64,000 nucleotides of DNA. It comes from Octopus sinensis (Eukaryota). The DNA is taken from contig NC_043001.1 in NCBI RefSeq assembly GCF_006345805.1, positions 38,006,001 to 38,070,000 on the forward strand, written 5' to 3'. A program made the translations under genes and the position numbers. Below, in pieces: positions 38,269-51,423 of this stretch (the stretch's first letter is position 1; every line of letters starts with the position of its first letter). The notes beneath the pieces are model-generated. The model was not told where the DNA came from and did no database searches. It saw only the letters and a program-made list of their open reading frames with translations.

Positions 38269-39333
38269 CCCAGTGGGATTTTAAGTCAGAACGTAAAGAA
38301 CCAGAGAAAATATTGATGTGCAAATGATTCAGTTTATTCACTGTTCAGTAATAACTTTGTGTATTTGTAACACTCCTTGATTGACTTTTCCTATGAAATA
38401 ATTCAATGTTATGCTATCATCCATCAGATTTTACCAGCCCTCTTAAGTTGGAGGGATAGAGATGTTTTATGTTTTACACAGGACACTGTAGTCGAAGTGA
38501 TGGGGTATAAACTCACAATATTTCAGTCAAGGTTGATAACTCCACTCGAGCATTATAATTTCTCAATATTAGTAATAATTGTAGCCTAACTCTCTCTGCC
38601 TTCTATGTTCTGCATTACTACATTGGTCTGTTCCTGGGAGCTGGAGGGCCTTGTGCCATCTCTATGCAGTTGTTACCCACATCAACACTAATCACTACAC
38701 TGAGTCCTTCTTCAGAACCCTGCCATTTGTAATTCCGTCCCTGCATATGTTTTCTTGCAAATGCTCTAGACGAACTTCAATCATACAGATCACTTTGGGC
38801 TTGAGAGTCTGTGTAGGTCATAGGCACAGCTCCTTCCTCCAAACCAATCCAATAAAAATTGGATGTAACAGGTTTTTTTTTTCAACTTAGTGAATTCTTT
38901 GGCATAAAAGTGTCCAATGTTTAAGGCAATATGAATCATCATTGCCCAGTTTTTTTGTTTTTTTTTTAAATCACAGTTTTGACAACTTTCTGTCTCAGTT
39001 AGGCTATAATCATTACCAATATTGAGAAATCACAATGCCTGAGTGGAGCTATCAACCTTGACTGAAATATTGTGAGTTTAGTGAGTTTATATCCCATCAC
39101 TTAAACTACAATATCCTGTGTAAGAAAAATAAAACATCACTAACCCTCCAACTTAAGAGGGCTGGTAAAATCTGATGGATGATAGCATAACATTGGATTA
39201 TTTCATAGGAAAAGTCAATCAAGGAGTGTTACAAATACACAAAGTTATTATTACTGAACAGTGAGTAAACTGAATCATTTGCACATCAGTATTTGCTCTG
39301 ATTCTTTATATTTTGAGATAAAATCCCACTGGG
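38269..39333. repeat. Long inverted duplication (~320-bp arms, ~400-bp spacer)
   Basis: 38269-38591 is approximately the reverse complement of 38997-39333. Confidence 0.9.
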
Positions 39334-39414
39334 AAAAAAATTTGTCTTTCTTAAAGTATTACTCAAGTACTTAATTTAACCAATCAACCCATCTCCCAAA
39401 TTTTCTGGCTCTTA

Positions 39415-40450
39415 TTATTATTATTATTATTATTATTAAGGCAGCAAGCTGGCAGAATTGTGAGCACCCTGGGCAAAATGCTTAGTGACATTTTATCTGT
39501 CTTTACATTTTCAGTTCAAATTCTGCCGAGGTTAGCTTGGCCTTTCATCCTTTTGGAGTTGATAAATTAAGTACCAGTTGTGTATTGAGGTTGATATAAT
39601 CGACTGCCCCCACTCCTCCAAATTTCAGGCCTTGTACCTATAGTATAAAGGATTATTATTATTATTAAGGCAGCAAGCAGGCAGAATCATTAGCACACCA
39701 GGCAAAATGCTTAGCAGCATTTCATCCATCTTTATGTTTTGAGTTCAAATTCCGCCGAGGTTGGCTTTGCCTTTAATCCTTTTGTGGCCAATGAAATAAG
39801 TATCAGTAAAACACTAGGGTCAATGTAATCGACTAGACCCCTTCCCCCAAACATCAGACCTTGTGCCTTTAGTAGCTATTATTATTAGTATTATTATCAT
39901 TAACAATAATAATTAATAATTATTATTATAGCCATCCTGCTGAGATGAACTTTGCCTTTCATCCTTTTGGAAGTGAAAGGTACATGTCAAGTAGTGAAGT
40001 TGATATAAACAATTGTAGCTTTCACCCAAATTTGGTACCTTGTGCTTAAGTAATCATTATTAAAGAGCGTCAGAAGAAACTCCTTGGGATATCTGTTCCA
40101 ACTCTTTAAGTTTTAAGTTAAAATCTCAGCAAGATCATTTTTACCTCTTCCTTTCCAGTTGATAATATGAAGTATCAGTGAAATACTGAGGTTGGTCCAA
40201 GCATCTGACCTTATGCCTCTTAGGAACAATTATTACTGCTTATATCAAAGCAGTGGCATAGCAGAAATAGTAGGGTCTTAGACTAAATCTTAATGATATT
40301 TAGTCTTGTCTGTTCAAGTTAAGAGGTTACTTATTGCCAAGACCAACTTTGACTTTCATTTTTCCAAGATCAGTAAAATATAAGTGCACTGGAATTAATT
40401 CTGTTAACATTCCTCAACAAATGCATGGACTTGTCATGTAATAAATCATG
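39415..40450 (+). mobile_element. Tandem array of Nin-domain SINEs of differing ages, separated by (ATT)n
   Basis: Repeated AAGGCAGCAAGCTGGCAGAAT...GCCTTTCATCCTTT...AGTACCAG units. Confidence 0.8.
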
Positions 40451-43400
40451 TTTACAAATTAACAACTTTAGATCACTGAAGACAGTGATCAAATGATGTT
40501 AATGAACAAGTATGACTTAAAAAGCCCTTTGAAATGCACTTGAACCATACTACTGGTACTTGCTCCTGTTAAATCCCTCTAAGTTTTTCATAGTTAGTCT
40601 CCCAAATATTCCCCCACCATCTAATCTAAGGGTCTTTCCCCATTTTCCTTTTCCTGTTGTTTTCACATCTTGCAAGTTACTTGCCAATTAGTGCTGGTGG
40701 CACAAAACAAGCACCCAGTACACACTGTAAAGTGGTTGGAGTTAGGAAGTACAGCTAGCCACAGAAACCAAGCCAAAGTTGACATTGGAGTTCAACACAG
40801 GACAGGGGCTTGTCAGATCCTGTCAAACTAACTCATGCCAGCATAGAATACAGAATTAAATGATGGTGATATATATATATATAATTTTCTGTCCAAAAAT
40901 GAAGAAATTATTGCTGGTGTCTTCTTCATATCCTTGACACACCAAGTAGATATCATTTCTAGATAAATAATCTGATGCAGGGTTAATAGGAATACTTCCA
41001 CTGATATTCCAATTTGTAATCACTCACTTCTACAGTTAGGATACTGTATACTCCTACTATAACTTTCATTCCTCATTATTCCTAAAATTCCTTTTGGAAC
41101 TGATCCTACCCAATGTAAAAGAGTGAAATATTTGCTCTTATCAACAAATTAATATCACTGAATTTTACTAACTGCTCCTTTCTCTAATGTCAAATAAAAA
41201 TGATCATTTCATTAACATTTAACTCTTAGTATTCAGTTTACATAGTCAACCATGTATATAAAAAAAGTAGACATTATCAAAAAGTTGGTATGAATTTGTA
41301 TCATACCCTTGAGCAAAGAACTCTATGCACCTCAAACTAACAAGCTAAAAATTAGTTTAAAAAATACCTTTAAAAAACTGAATAAAAAAATAAGTTTATT
41401 ATTTCTAGTTCAAATCTTGATTCTGTATTATATATAAACAGAGCAGACAGAAAAGCATTCAGACAGTAGTTTGGTTAAACAGTATGATAGTTAAGAAAAA
41501 TTATTAGTAACCACATTAATTCTCTCTTAAATCATTCATCTAACACCAGACAAGTTGACCACTTATTCAGTCCTCATCTTACTTTCTCTGGCAGCCATGA
41601 TAAGCATATTATTTAACATTCTATGTAGAGAACAGAACTGGTTCTCTTTCAGCTTTAATCATGGCACATGTTAAACTGAATAAGAAATTTTGGGGGATAT
41701 CTATTTTGATCATTTTGGAAAACATGTACATTAATTTTCAAGTCAGTTACTTCTATGCCAAGATCCACTGGCATACAGTGTTCTAAAAATGACATGATAT
41801 GATTCTACAATGTATTATTCAATTGAAAAATAAAATATATTATTTCTATAATACATTATTGGACTCGACAAACAAAATAATATTATAACATGTACTACAA
41901 ACTTCACTCAACTTTGTAAGGCACTAAAATATTCATAAACATTATCTGCAACCCATCTCTACAACTAATAAACTTATTAATACATTCAAAACCACATCCA
42001 TATAAGCTTTACGTTAATTGATGTTACAAATTAAGATCAATTACATTAACAATGTATTCAACGATGTATTAACCCTGTATTCTCAAATTGTGTTATGTAA
42101 TAACTATTGCATTATTTTTCCAACAAGGTCCATCAAGATTTTTTTTTGTTAGTATTTATTAAAAAAGAGGAAAATAATATATAATCTATTATTGCTTTTA
42201 TTTCTACAAATTCATCTGTTATTTTCCTACAGTATTATTAGTTTGTGTGTGATTTGACACACTTTGGGCTATAAATTTTATTTAAATTTAGTGAACATGT
42301 ATTTATATAGAAATGTGACACTGTTCTACACAATGAATTTGCAGACTGTAACCCAATGTGATTTTAATGCAGCATTTCAATATTAAAAATTTCCTGCCTC
42401 TGAGCTAGACAGTATGTAAAAGGAGAAAATGTAGAATGATAGCAACCATTAATGAAATATTCTTGAAAATGTCTAAGCTTATACAAGTATAAAAAGATAA
42501 TGAAAGAAAACAGTTTAAGAAAATATGTATGCTTGTATATAAAAAAAAGTAGAAAATGTTTCACAAAAATAAACTCGGAAGTCTAGCAATTAATATGTTA
42601 ATAAATATTCTCGTTTATTTCATACGATATTAACAGCTGAAATATTTCAACTTTTGCCAACATGCTAAGTCAGATGGTGTCTGATTAGAGAGGCAGACAG
42701 TCCTACATTACAAACATCACAGTCAAGTGAACCAATAGAGGCTATTAGTTTTCATCTCTAAAGCTTCAACACTCAGGCTACATTTTACCTAATGTTTTGA
42801 GGCAAGATACTGACTAAAATTGGAGAGAGGGATCTTGTGACAAGTTTTTATTACAGTTATTATTGATTTCTTTTTCAATACTGAGATGATAGTGACTGTT
42901 GTAACAGTGACAACAGTTCAGTTTTGCTAAATTCTGAGAAGAGGTTCTTTGTTACGAAGCAAGTGAAGAATACTTAAAATAAAATGCCATCAACTGGCAA
43001 ACATGAAAAAAAAAAAAATAAATAATAAAGATCACGTTTTAGCAAAATAATGGAGACTTTTAGTGATTCTAAAAATGACATATATATTTTTTTTAATGCC
43101 AAGAACAATTGCAGTCTCCCAGTATTAGGAAATGGCTTCAATGAGAATTAAATCAGTCAAAGATTACATGTCTGTGATACAAAGGGGTTACAGTTCCCCA
43201 ATAATTTTTGTTTTATACCAGAAGCATTCATACACTTTATAAATCACACTGATTGAAACTGCAGTTAATATGACATACTTCACATGTAAGAGTACCAAAT
43301 CAATTCTGATTTAAATTAAATGTAAATAATGTGGAAGGTATATATTATTTACAAAAGATAATATTCAAACCAATATTAAATTCTTATAATTTACTTATTG

Positions 43401-46400
43401 AATTCAAGGTTGCTCTGTGCTGATATTGTTTCAATGAAGTTGACATGTAGGTAATGTAAAAAGATTTTAAGGTTCTGGAGATATTAGGCCACCTTAGCAG
43501 TTCATTATTTTAATACTAAATATGATGAAGAAGTAGATCTATGAAAAAAAGTTTTGTATAGCTAACTGACACTTGTATTATGTAGCCAGAATTTCAAAAA
43601 GAATTACCTTTGATCTCTATATTAGTAAAACAGACCTAATATTTTCTTTTTTCAGAATCTCTTTTCCATGTCACAAATTAGTTAATTTAAGAAAGTATAG
43701 TTTGAACTAATAACTGAAACATAAATTATGCACTCTAATAATTTAGGACACTTCATAATGAAATTGATTAATAATAATTAATAATCAACTAATTAGTTTG
43801 TCAAAAATATTCAGAAAAGCTGTTAAAGTTAGCTGTTAAGTTGACTCAATTCTAAAGAAGAAGAAAATGACATGAATATTTAAAGTCAGAATATATCAAA
43901 ATAGCTGCATGGTTAATAAAAACAGAAAGTATTATCATAAATTGTTCTGGTGTTATTACTAATCTATAAATTTAATGTAGTTGAGAATTTGGTGATATAT
44001 TTCATATTTCAGTCATTTGTATCTAAATTCAAAAACAAGTTAATCTTAAGAAAATGGAAAAAAAAAAAGCTGAAACAATTACCATAAGTTACTTTCACTA
44101 ATTATTTTTGTTACTTTATTTAGGGATCTAAGTCAAATCTAGCTAGCAATTAAATAAACTGAAATTTATTTTTAAAAAACCACAGTATACACATTATATA
44201 TTGCATTAGTAAAGGAAAATATATAGTTTATACCTTACAATATAGAATATTTTATGCGAGTTTAACCAAATATAACTAGATGTTCTTAAAGCAGTCTACA
44301 AAACTACTCTTATAGATAAATTCAAAATTATAAAATATTTCCAATTTGATTTCAACAGTGAAATAGATTAAACCCAATTTATTAAAGTAAATTATTTTTC
44401 AATAACTCTGTGTGTGTGTGTGTGTGTGTATATATCTCCATACATATACATAACTGCTATAATTCTGGAAAAGAAGGGTGGCCAATTTCTGAAGGATGAC
44501 ATTTATATCTGAAGAGCAAATAGTTAGCAGTTGCTGGAAATTTGTGAATCAATTAAGAATTTTAAGTGATATAGTTTTAGGGCTAATAAAAATTGAGAAT
44601 ACAAAAAAAGTTCAGAGAAACAGAAACAAAATAACAGTGTTAAAAAATGAAAAAATAAACTTAAGTTGTGTAAACAAAATGAGGCTACCAAATTAAATGA
44701 AATAATTGTATTTCTACAAATAATCTAAAGTAATGATAACTGAAAGAGATACTTTCCCTGATATAAAGTCAGCCATTATACTTGGGTGAAAAATGTAACT
44801 TTTAAGGATGTAAATGCTAAGAGTTTATGGAAATAAGTATTAAATAATTTTGAGACAATGAATATTTTAGGAAAAATCCTTGAAGAGAATTCATCCTGGA
44901 TTGTAAATGTCACTTTAAAGGCATTTTTTTTTTTCATGTTGAAAGAAGAATCGGAAGTGACAGAAAGCAGATTGTTAATGGGAAGAGAATAGCAAAGGAT
45001 AAAGATTTAAAATGCCATGTGACTACCAAAAATTGTTCAAGTACAGAACAGGTGGATATCCCCAACACATGAAGAAATAAATGGTTAGAAATATAACATT
45101 TACAATATAAAAGAATTTTTTAAAGGTTTCACTAAAACTATGATTAATAAATTTATCTTTACCAAATTACTGGGGCATTACATTGCTTCCATAAAATAAA
45201 ATGGTAAGTGTTAAAGAAATTAAGTGATTTAAGATATTTAAAACAATGCTGATTAGTACTTACCTTCATTATTTAGGATAAAAGTGGGGAAAATAGTTGG
45301 GTAATAATTGAAAGGGTCAGAGTACTATATGCCTTGAGTAGCATGCCACACTACCAATTGTATGCAAAATTTGAGATAGATTTCCCTTGAAGAAAGGAAA
45401 TTTCAAAAGTTCAGAGTAAAGCGATACCATAAGTATGTAACCCGGCACCTGACTATTATGAAAATTCACGAATTCAAGCTCTTGTGAGAATATTGTAAAC
45501 TACCTACCCACAAGCATAATTCAGTTGTAAGGCTGAATAGTTAATTTTTTAGAATATTTAACTATAAAAAATGTTAGCTATATATTTCACAACTAAAATT
45601 GTTGGAAAATTTATCTTGTACCAGCATAGAAAATCTAATGTAAATCATTAAAAAATATATTCAGAGGTAATCTCTTCAAGCCAGAATAGTTGATGGTAAT
45701 GACTAGAATCCATTGAGGATTACAGTATTTGAACATGGGACAGTAGTGGTATATGTTCATTTGTTGGTATTTGAAGGAATACTTTTTTATGTACAAAATT
45801 ATGAAGAACTGGAATGTATTAAAAGAAGTTGAGTTTCTAGTAAGAAAGAGAAGTCAGTAATGACACTATATAACAAAACAATAGAAATTTAAGTTAAAAA
45901 TAAAAGTAACATTTGTGAGCCTTACACAACAATCTCTTGTCTTTGGGACAAACATATTAAGTGATTAAATTCATCACTACATGATTATATTGTTAAAACA
46001 AAGCAAATACTAAAATTCAATTTAAATTATTTAAGCTTTGCAAGCACATTTCTACAAAAAGCAATTAATATATTTTTTTTGCATTTAATAAAGATCATTT
46101 AAATAACTACAATTTTTTTTATTTATTTCTTCTACTCAAAGGAAACATGAAGGCTCCACTTTTGATAACTGCAGTCAACAGGTATACCAAACTTTTATCT
46201 CCAATAAAACTTCTAGTACTCATTTTATCCACAGGAAAATAAAGCTGCATTCACTGCAGTGGAGATTTAAACACAGAAACAAGAAAAAAAAAACTACAGA
46301 GTATTCACCTTAAGGCTCTTGTCTCTACAACAAATTTATATCTTACCATCTACAATAGACCAAGAATTAAAGTTAAGCTGAGGGCAGTGTCAGCAATAGC

Positions 46401-47804
46401 ACTGAGTGAGACAACAACTGCATTTATTTATAAATTTGAAACCATTACAAAGTTGCATTTCCTTTAGTACTCAACATCCCTTCCAAACTGCATCCCTAAA
46501 GGAACACAACAGTAGTAGCACATATATCCCTTTCTTAATAGATAATGATAAGCAACATTATATTGAATGAAGATAGTATAGCATTATTGTTATCATTATG
46601 GATTTTTGTTCTAATCCTTCTTAATGTGAAGTTGTAAATAAATGTATAGAATGTATCAAAAACAAGAACCGGGTGTTTTTAAAATAAAAATATCTTCTTG
46701 GTTACAAACAACCAATTAATTTGAAAGAAACATGGAAGATTTAAAGTTTCCATCTTAAATTTAAGAGAAAGCTCTACAGAAAAAAATGGTCTTGCCACTG
46801 AGCCCCAGTATAATTACTGCTACATATTTTATCAATATGTATGAGATCGAAGGTAAATTTATTTCTTATGGGATTGAACTAAGAAGAAATATAAAACAAT
46901 CAGTTAAATATCACATCCTAAAGAATGTAATCAGGCTCATTGCACAAACTCCATTGCCCAAGAAGTTAAATAATGTAATGCTTTTTAAAAAGAACTTTTT
47001 AAATAATAACTAAGTTTACATAAACAAAGAAAGCATCAATAAATTTAAAAGAATTCTGTGAAAACCTCCATCTATAAAGAATTAACCAAATTTGGTAGCA
47101 ATTTGCTATTAAAATACTTATACCTGTATCTGACTTTTGTTGAAGTGGTGTGTACAAAGTTTTAACAGCATCAAAGAAAAACATTTTACTCTCATTTGTA
47201 AGTTTGATGTTTAGCAGACCTTTATTTTTTAAAGGATTTAAAAAAAAAAAAAGACATAAAACTCCAATTTAAGACTGAATTCATTATTCTAATGAAATCC
47301 CATAATACCCTGATCTCTTTCTACCCCAAATAATTTCAAAATTTTGCCTTTTAAGTTTTCTTCTGTAAAGAAAATTAAGTGTATAGAAATCAAATGTTCT
47401 CTTTCTTTGTCTCTATTTTTTCGGCATGTTAATATATTTTTTTTAATTTCTAAATAAATAAATAAAAATAAAATAAAATATTCAAATTAAACTTAATGTC
47501 AACCAAATCAAATCACTGGAACCAGTATCTCAAGCAAAAACAATAAAAAAAATACGGCAAAAAAAAAAGAGGAAAAGTAATGTATTTCTTTTAATCACAT
47601 AGAAATCAAAACAGGTCAACCACACTCAGCTACATATTTAAAAAATTTTTCTTCCAAATGGGGGATGAAGGTTAACTTCATTCATTCCATAGTAAATTTC
47701 TGGCTTTTCCTTAATTAGTCTGTGTCACAGGGGTAGGAAATACAGAAAAACAAGAGCAAAACAGAATTAAGAACAAGTCAATGAACAATAATGGGAGTAA
47801 TCTA

Positions 47805-47843
47805 CTTTGTATATATGTGTGTGTCTGTATATATATATATAAA

Positions 47844-47894
<51 letters not shown>

Positions 47895-49115
47895 AACATA
47901 TATCCATATGCATACACACATGTACATATATATAAACACACATATACACATGTATACATATATATACACATATGTATACATATATACATACACATAAATA
48001 TATACACACACACATAAGTACATATATATATGTATATACACACACATAAACATGTATATATATATATATACACACACAACTATATACACACACACATAAG
48101 TACATATATATATATACACATACATGTATATACACACACACATATACATATATATACACATATAAAACTATGTATGCATGCATGTATATATATATATATA
48201 TGTATGCGCGTGTGTGCGTAATGTGTAGTGCTGTGTTCATCTCAACAGCTGTTCTGGCAATTCAGCCACCAACTTAAATGTTGCATGAGGAGAAGACAAA
48301 GTTCATTTCTATTCAAATTTCAATTCTTTCAGTTGTTTTACAGCCATTTTCAAGTACAGAGATATGTATATGTATGCTCTCAACGTATGTGTTCACATAC
48401 ATACTTAAACATACATATATATATAAAGGTTTGCGTATATGTGTGTGTGTGTGCATGTGTATAATTATATATATATATATATACATGGAAGGGTATATGT
48501 TTATTCAAGCGTGTACACTATCATATCATTTCAATCATCATGCAAATCATCAAACAGCTTTCAGGAAGAGTGAAATTCCAACTAACGTCACAGCAGTCTA
48601 TGTACTAGAGTGGCAGTGGTGCCACTTGCAAATATACCAGGTTTATATATATAAATGTGCATGTGTATGTACAATATACAAAAAGACAGAAATCCACAGA
48701 AACTTACAATGGATAGATGTTTATCAACATGTCATCCATTTTTAGATCCAAACGATATTCAATAAGTTATGCATGAACATATGTATGTATCTACATATGT
48801 AGGTCTGTAAGTAGGTATGTATAATTGTTTACATATATATGTATATACATGTGTGCGTGTATGTATATATATATATATATATACACACACATTTATGCAT
48901 ACAGACAGACACACATCTAAATGCATAAATACATGCATATACTTATACATACTCTTCTCATAATCTACATCCCTATTCAAACATAATCTACACTTATAAT
49001 CTCACATACACACACATACATATAGACACATAATCATGCGTATACATGTATGCACATATGTATATATATATGTGTATGTATATATATATGTATATATAAT
49101 ATATATATATATATA

Positions 49116-49148
<33 letters not shown>

Positions 49149-49203
49149 GATATATATATATGTATATGTATATATATTATATATATATGTATATATGTAT
49201 ATG

Positions 49204-49236
<33 letters not shown>

Positions 49237-49244
49237 GTATGTGC

Positions 49245-49275
<31 letters not shown>

Positions 49276-49886
49276 TATATAACTCATATGGTGATTTATA
49301 TGACATATATATATAAGCATCATCATCTTCATCATCGTCGTCATTTAACGTCCGCTTTCCATGCTGGCATGGGTTGGACAGCATGGAAAGTGGACGTTAA
49401 ATGACAATAATGATGATGATGCTTATATATGTGGCATACAAACCGATATATACATCAATATACGTATATACATCAATATATACATAAATATATTATATAC
49501 ATATATACTTAGAATTAGATAAATACATACATTACATATATACACATATATATGTACATATATATGTACATATATATATATATATATATATATACACATG
49601 TATACACTCAGTAAGACGCAAACATATGTACACATACACACAGGTATATATATATATATATATATTACGTATACACACATATATATAATAATATATACAT
49701 ATACACGCTATATATATATAAATATATATACACATACACACCCACCCACACATGATATATATAAATATATACACATACACATCCACCTACCCACACATAT
49801 GATATATATATATATGTATATATGTGTGTGTGTGTGTGTATATATATATACACACACACACACATTATATATACATGTATATATAA

Positions 49887-49919
<33 letters not shown>

Positions 49920-49920
49920 T

Positions 49921-49976
<56 letters not shown>

Positions 49977-50040
49977 TACATTATATATACATTATATATA
50001 CACGCACATTATATATACATATGCATGTGTGTGAGAGAGA
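47805..50040. repeat. Large compound (TA/CA/TG)n microsatellite field
   Basis: Read directly; it generates the spurious Y/I/C/V/H/T-rich ORFs. Confidence 0.97.
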
Positions 50041-50222
50041 AAACAATGGGAGATCATCATATCATCATATCATTAGAATCTTCATTGATGGAGGTGTTAG
50101 TAAGTCAATAGTGGGTAGAACAATGGTAAACAGGATTCTAGTACCATTGTTAGTCATTAGATTAAGTTCACTCCAGTTTTTAGATACCACCAGTTATTTC
50201 AACTGATAGCTATGTAGTACTG

Positions 50223-50327
50223 CTAGGATATCATCATTTCTTGGTTTTCTTCTTCAACATTGCTGGATTTAGGTGATGACTCAGGAGTTATAAATGAATG
50301 AAGAGGGAGGTTCTGATTAGAAGTTGG
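50223..50327 (-). CDS. ILRUN: ILRUN probable terminal coding exon (PTSNQNLPLHSFITPESSPKSSNVEEENQEMMIS*)
   Basis: Strong polypyrimidine tract plus TGCAG acceptor on minus; phase 0 matches the preceding exon; TAG at 50223-50225. Sequence itself is not conserved. Confidence 0.7.
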   Translation of the reverse strand, partial: PTSNQNLPLHSFITPESSPKSSNVEEENQEMMIS

Positions 50328-50399
50328 CTGCAATCAAGAAGAAAAAGGAAAAATAATTTCTATTTACTTTTGTTAAATGAAATATATAAAATTATATAT

Positions 50400-50442
<43 letters not shown>

Positions 50443-50566
50443 TTAATAAGGGTGAGAGAATTAGATACTAATTTAATAGTATACCTATTCAACACCAAGT
50501 GGCCCAGTGCCCCGAGAAACCTGGATTATTATAATATTTTATAACATATTATAATATTTTATACAA

Positions 50567-50787
50567 AAATAAATATAAGAGAGTGGTCACTATGTGGCTC
50601 ATTCTAGCACTAGTAATAGATCCAATAGGTTTCAACCACAAAATAAATGTTTCCCACGAAAGTCAGCCCGATTGCTCGTGTGAGCTAGCAATCGGGCTGA
50701 CTTTCATGGGAAACATTTATTTTGTGGTTGAAACCTATTGGATCTATTACTAGTGCTAGAGTGAGCCACATAGTGACCACTCTCTTA

Positions 50788-50796
<9 letters not shown>
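50567..50796. repeat. Near-perfect hairpin with 110-bp arms and a 10-nt loop
   Basis: Arms 50567-50676 and 50687-50796; about 2 mismatches by eye. Confidence 0.95.
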
Positions 50797-50832
<36 letters not shown>

Positions 50833-51423
50833 ATTTACTGACTATAGCTGCAAATTCAAAGAAACGTGCCAAATATGTGTTTAATTATGTATTCGAATAT
50901 TAACTCATGTCAAAAATGACCTATTTAAGAATAAAAGTAAAGAGATATACATATTCTTTAATTGTCTTTCAATCATGTGACTGTGGCCAGAATGAGGCAC
51001 CAACTTTTAGAGTATAGTACATTGAGTACATAGACGAGAGAACCAGCAGAGCAGCAGGAAAAATTCTTCAAAATGTTGTTTTGTCTATTTATGTTCCAAA
51101 ATATTCTTTAAACTGGTCATTGCTGGCCAAAATATTCAACTTGTTTTATATTCAAACTGTCCAGATCCAGCCTTTCCCACCTACCCTAGAATGTCGTTTT
51201 AACAATAAAGAAGAAATAAGCATTACATTTGACAAAGTAATCTGAATGCTAAAGGGTAAGACTATATTGCCTCTAATCATCCTAACATCAATAAAATCAA
51301 TATTGGGATTGATTTAGTTGGCTAAATCACTGAATGTGGTGCCCCAGCACAGCACTAATCCAATGATTGAGGCTAATAAAAGAATAAAAGACAATGTAAT
51401 CATAGAGTTTCATCCTTACATCT

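Noticed and set aside
47711-50206. Many overlapping ORFs rich in Y/I/C/V/H/T
   Set aside because: They are translation artefacts of dinucleotide microsatellites.
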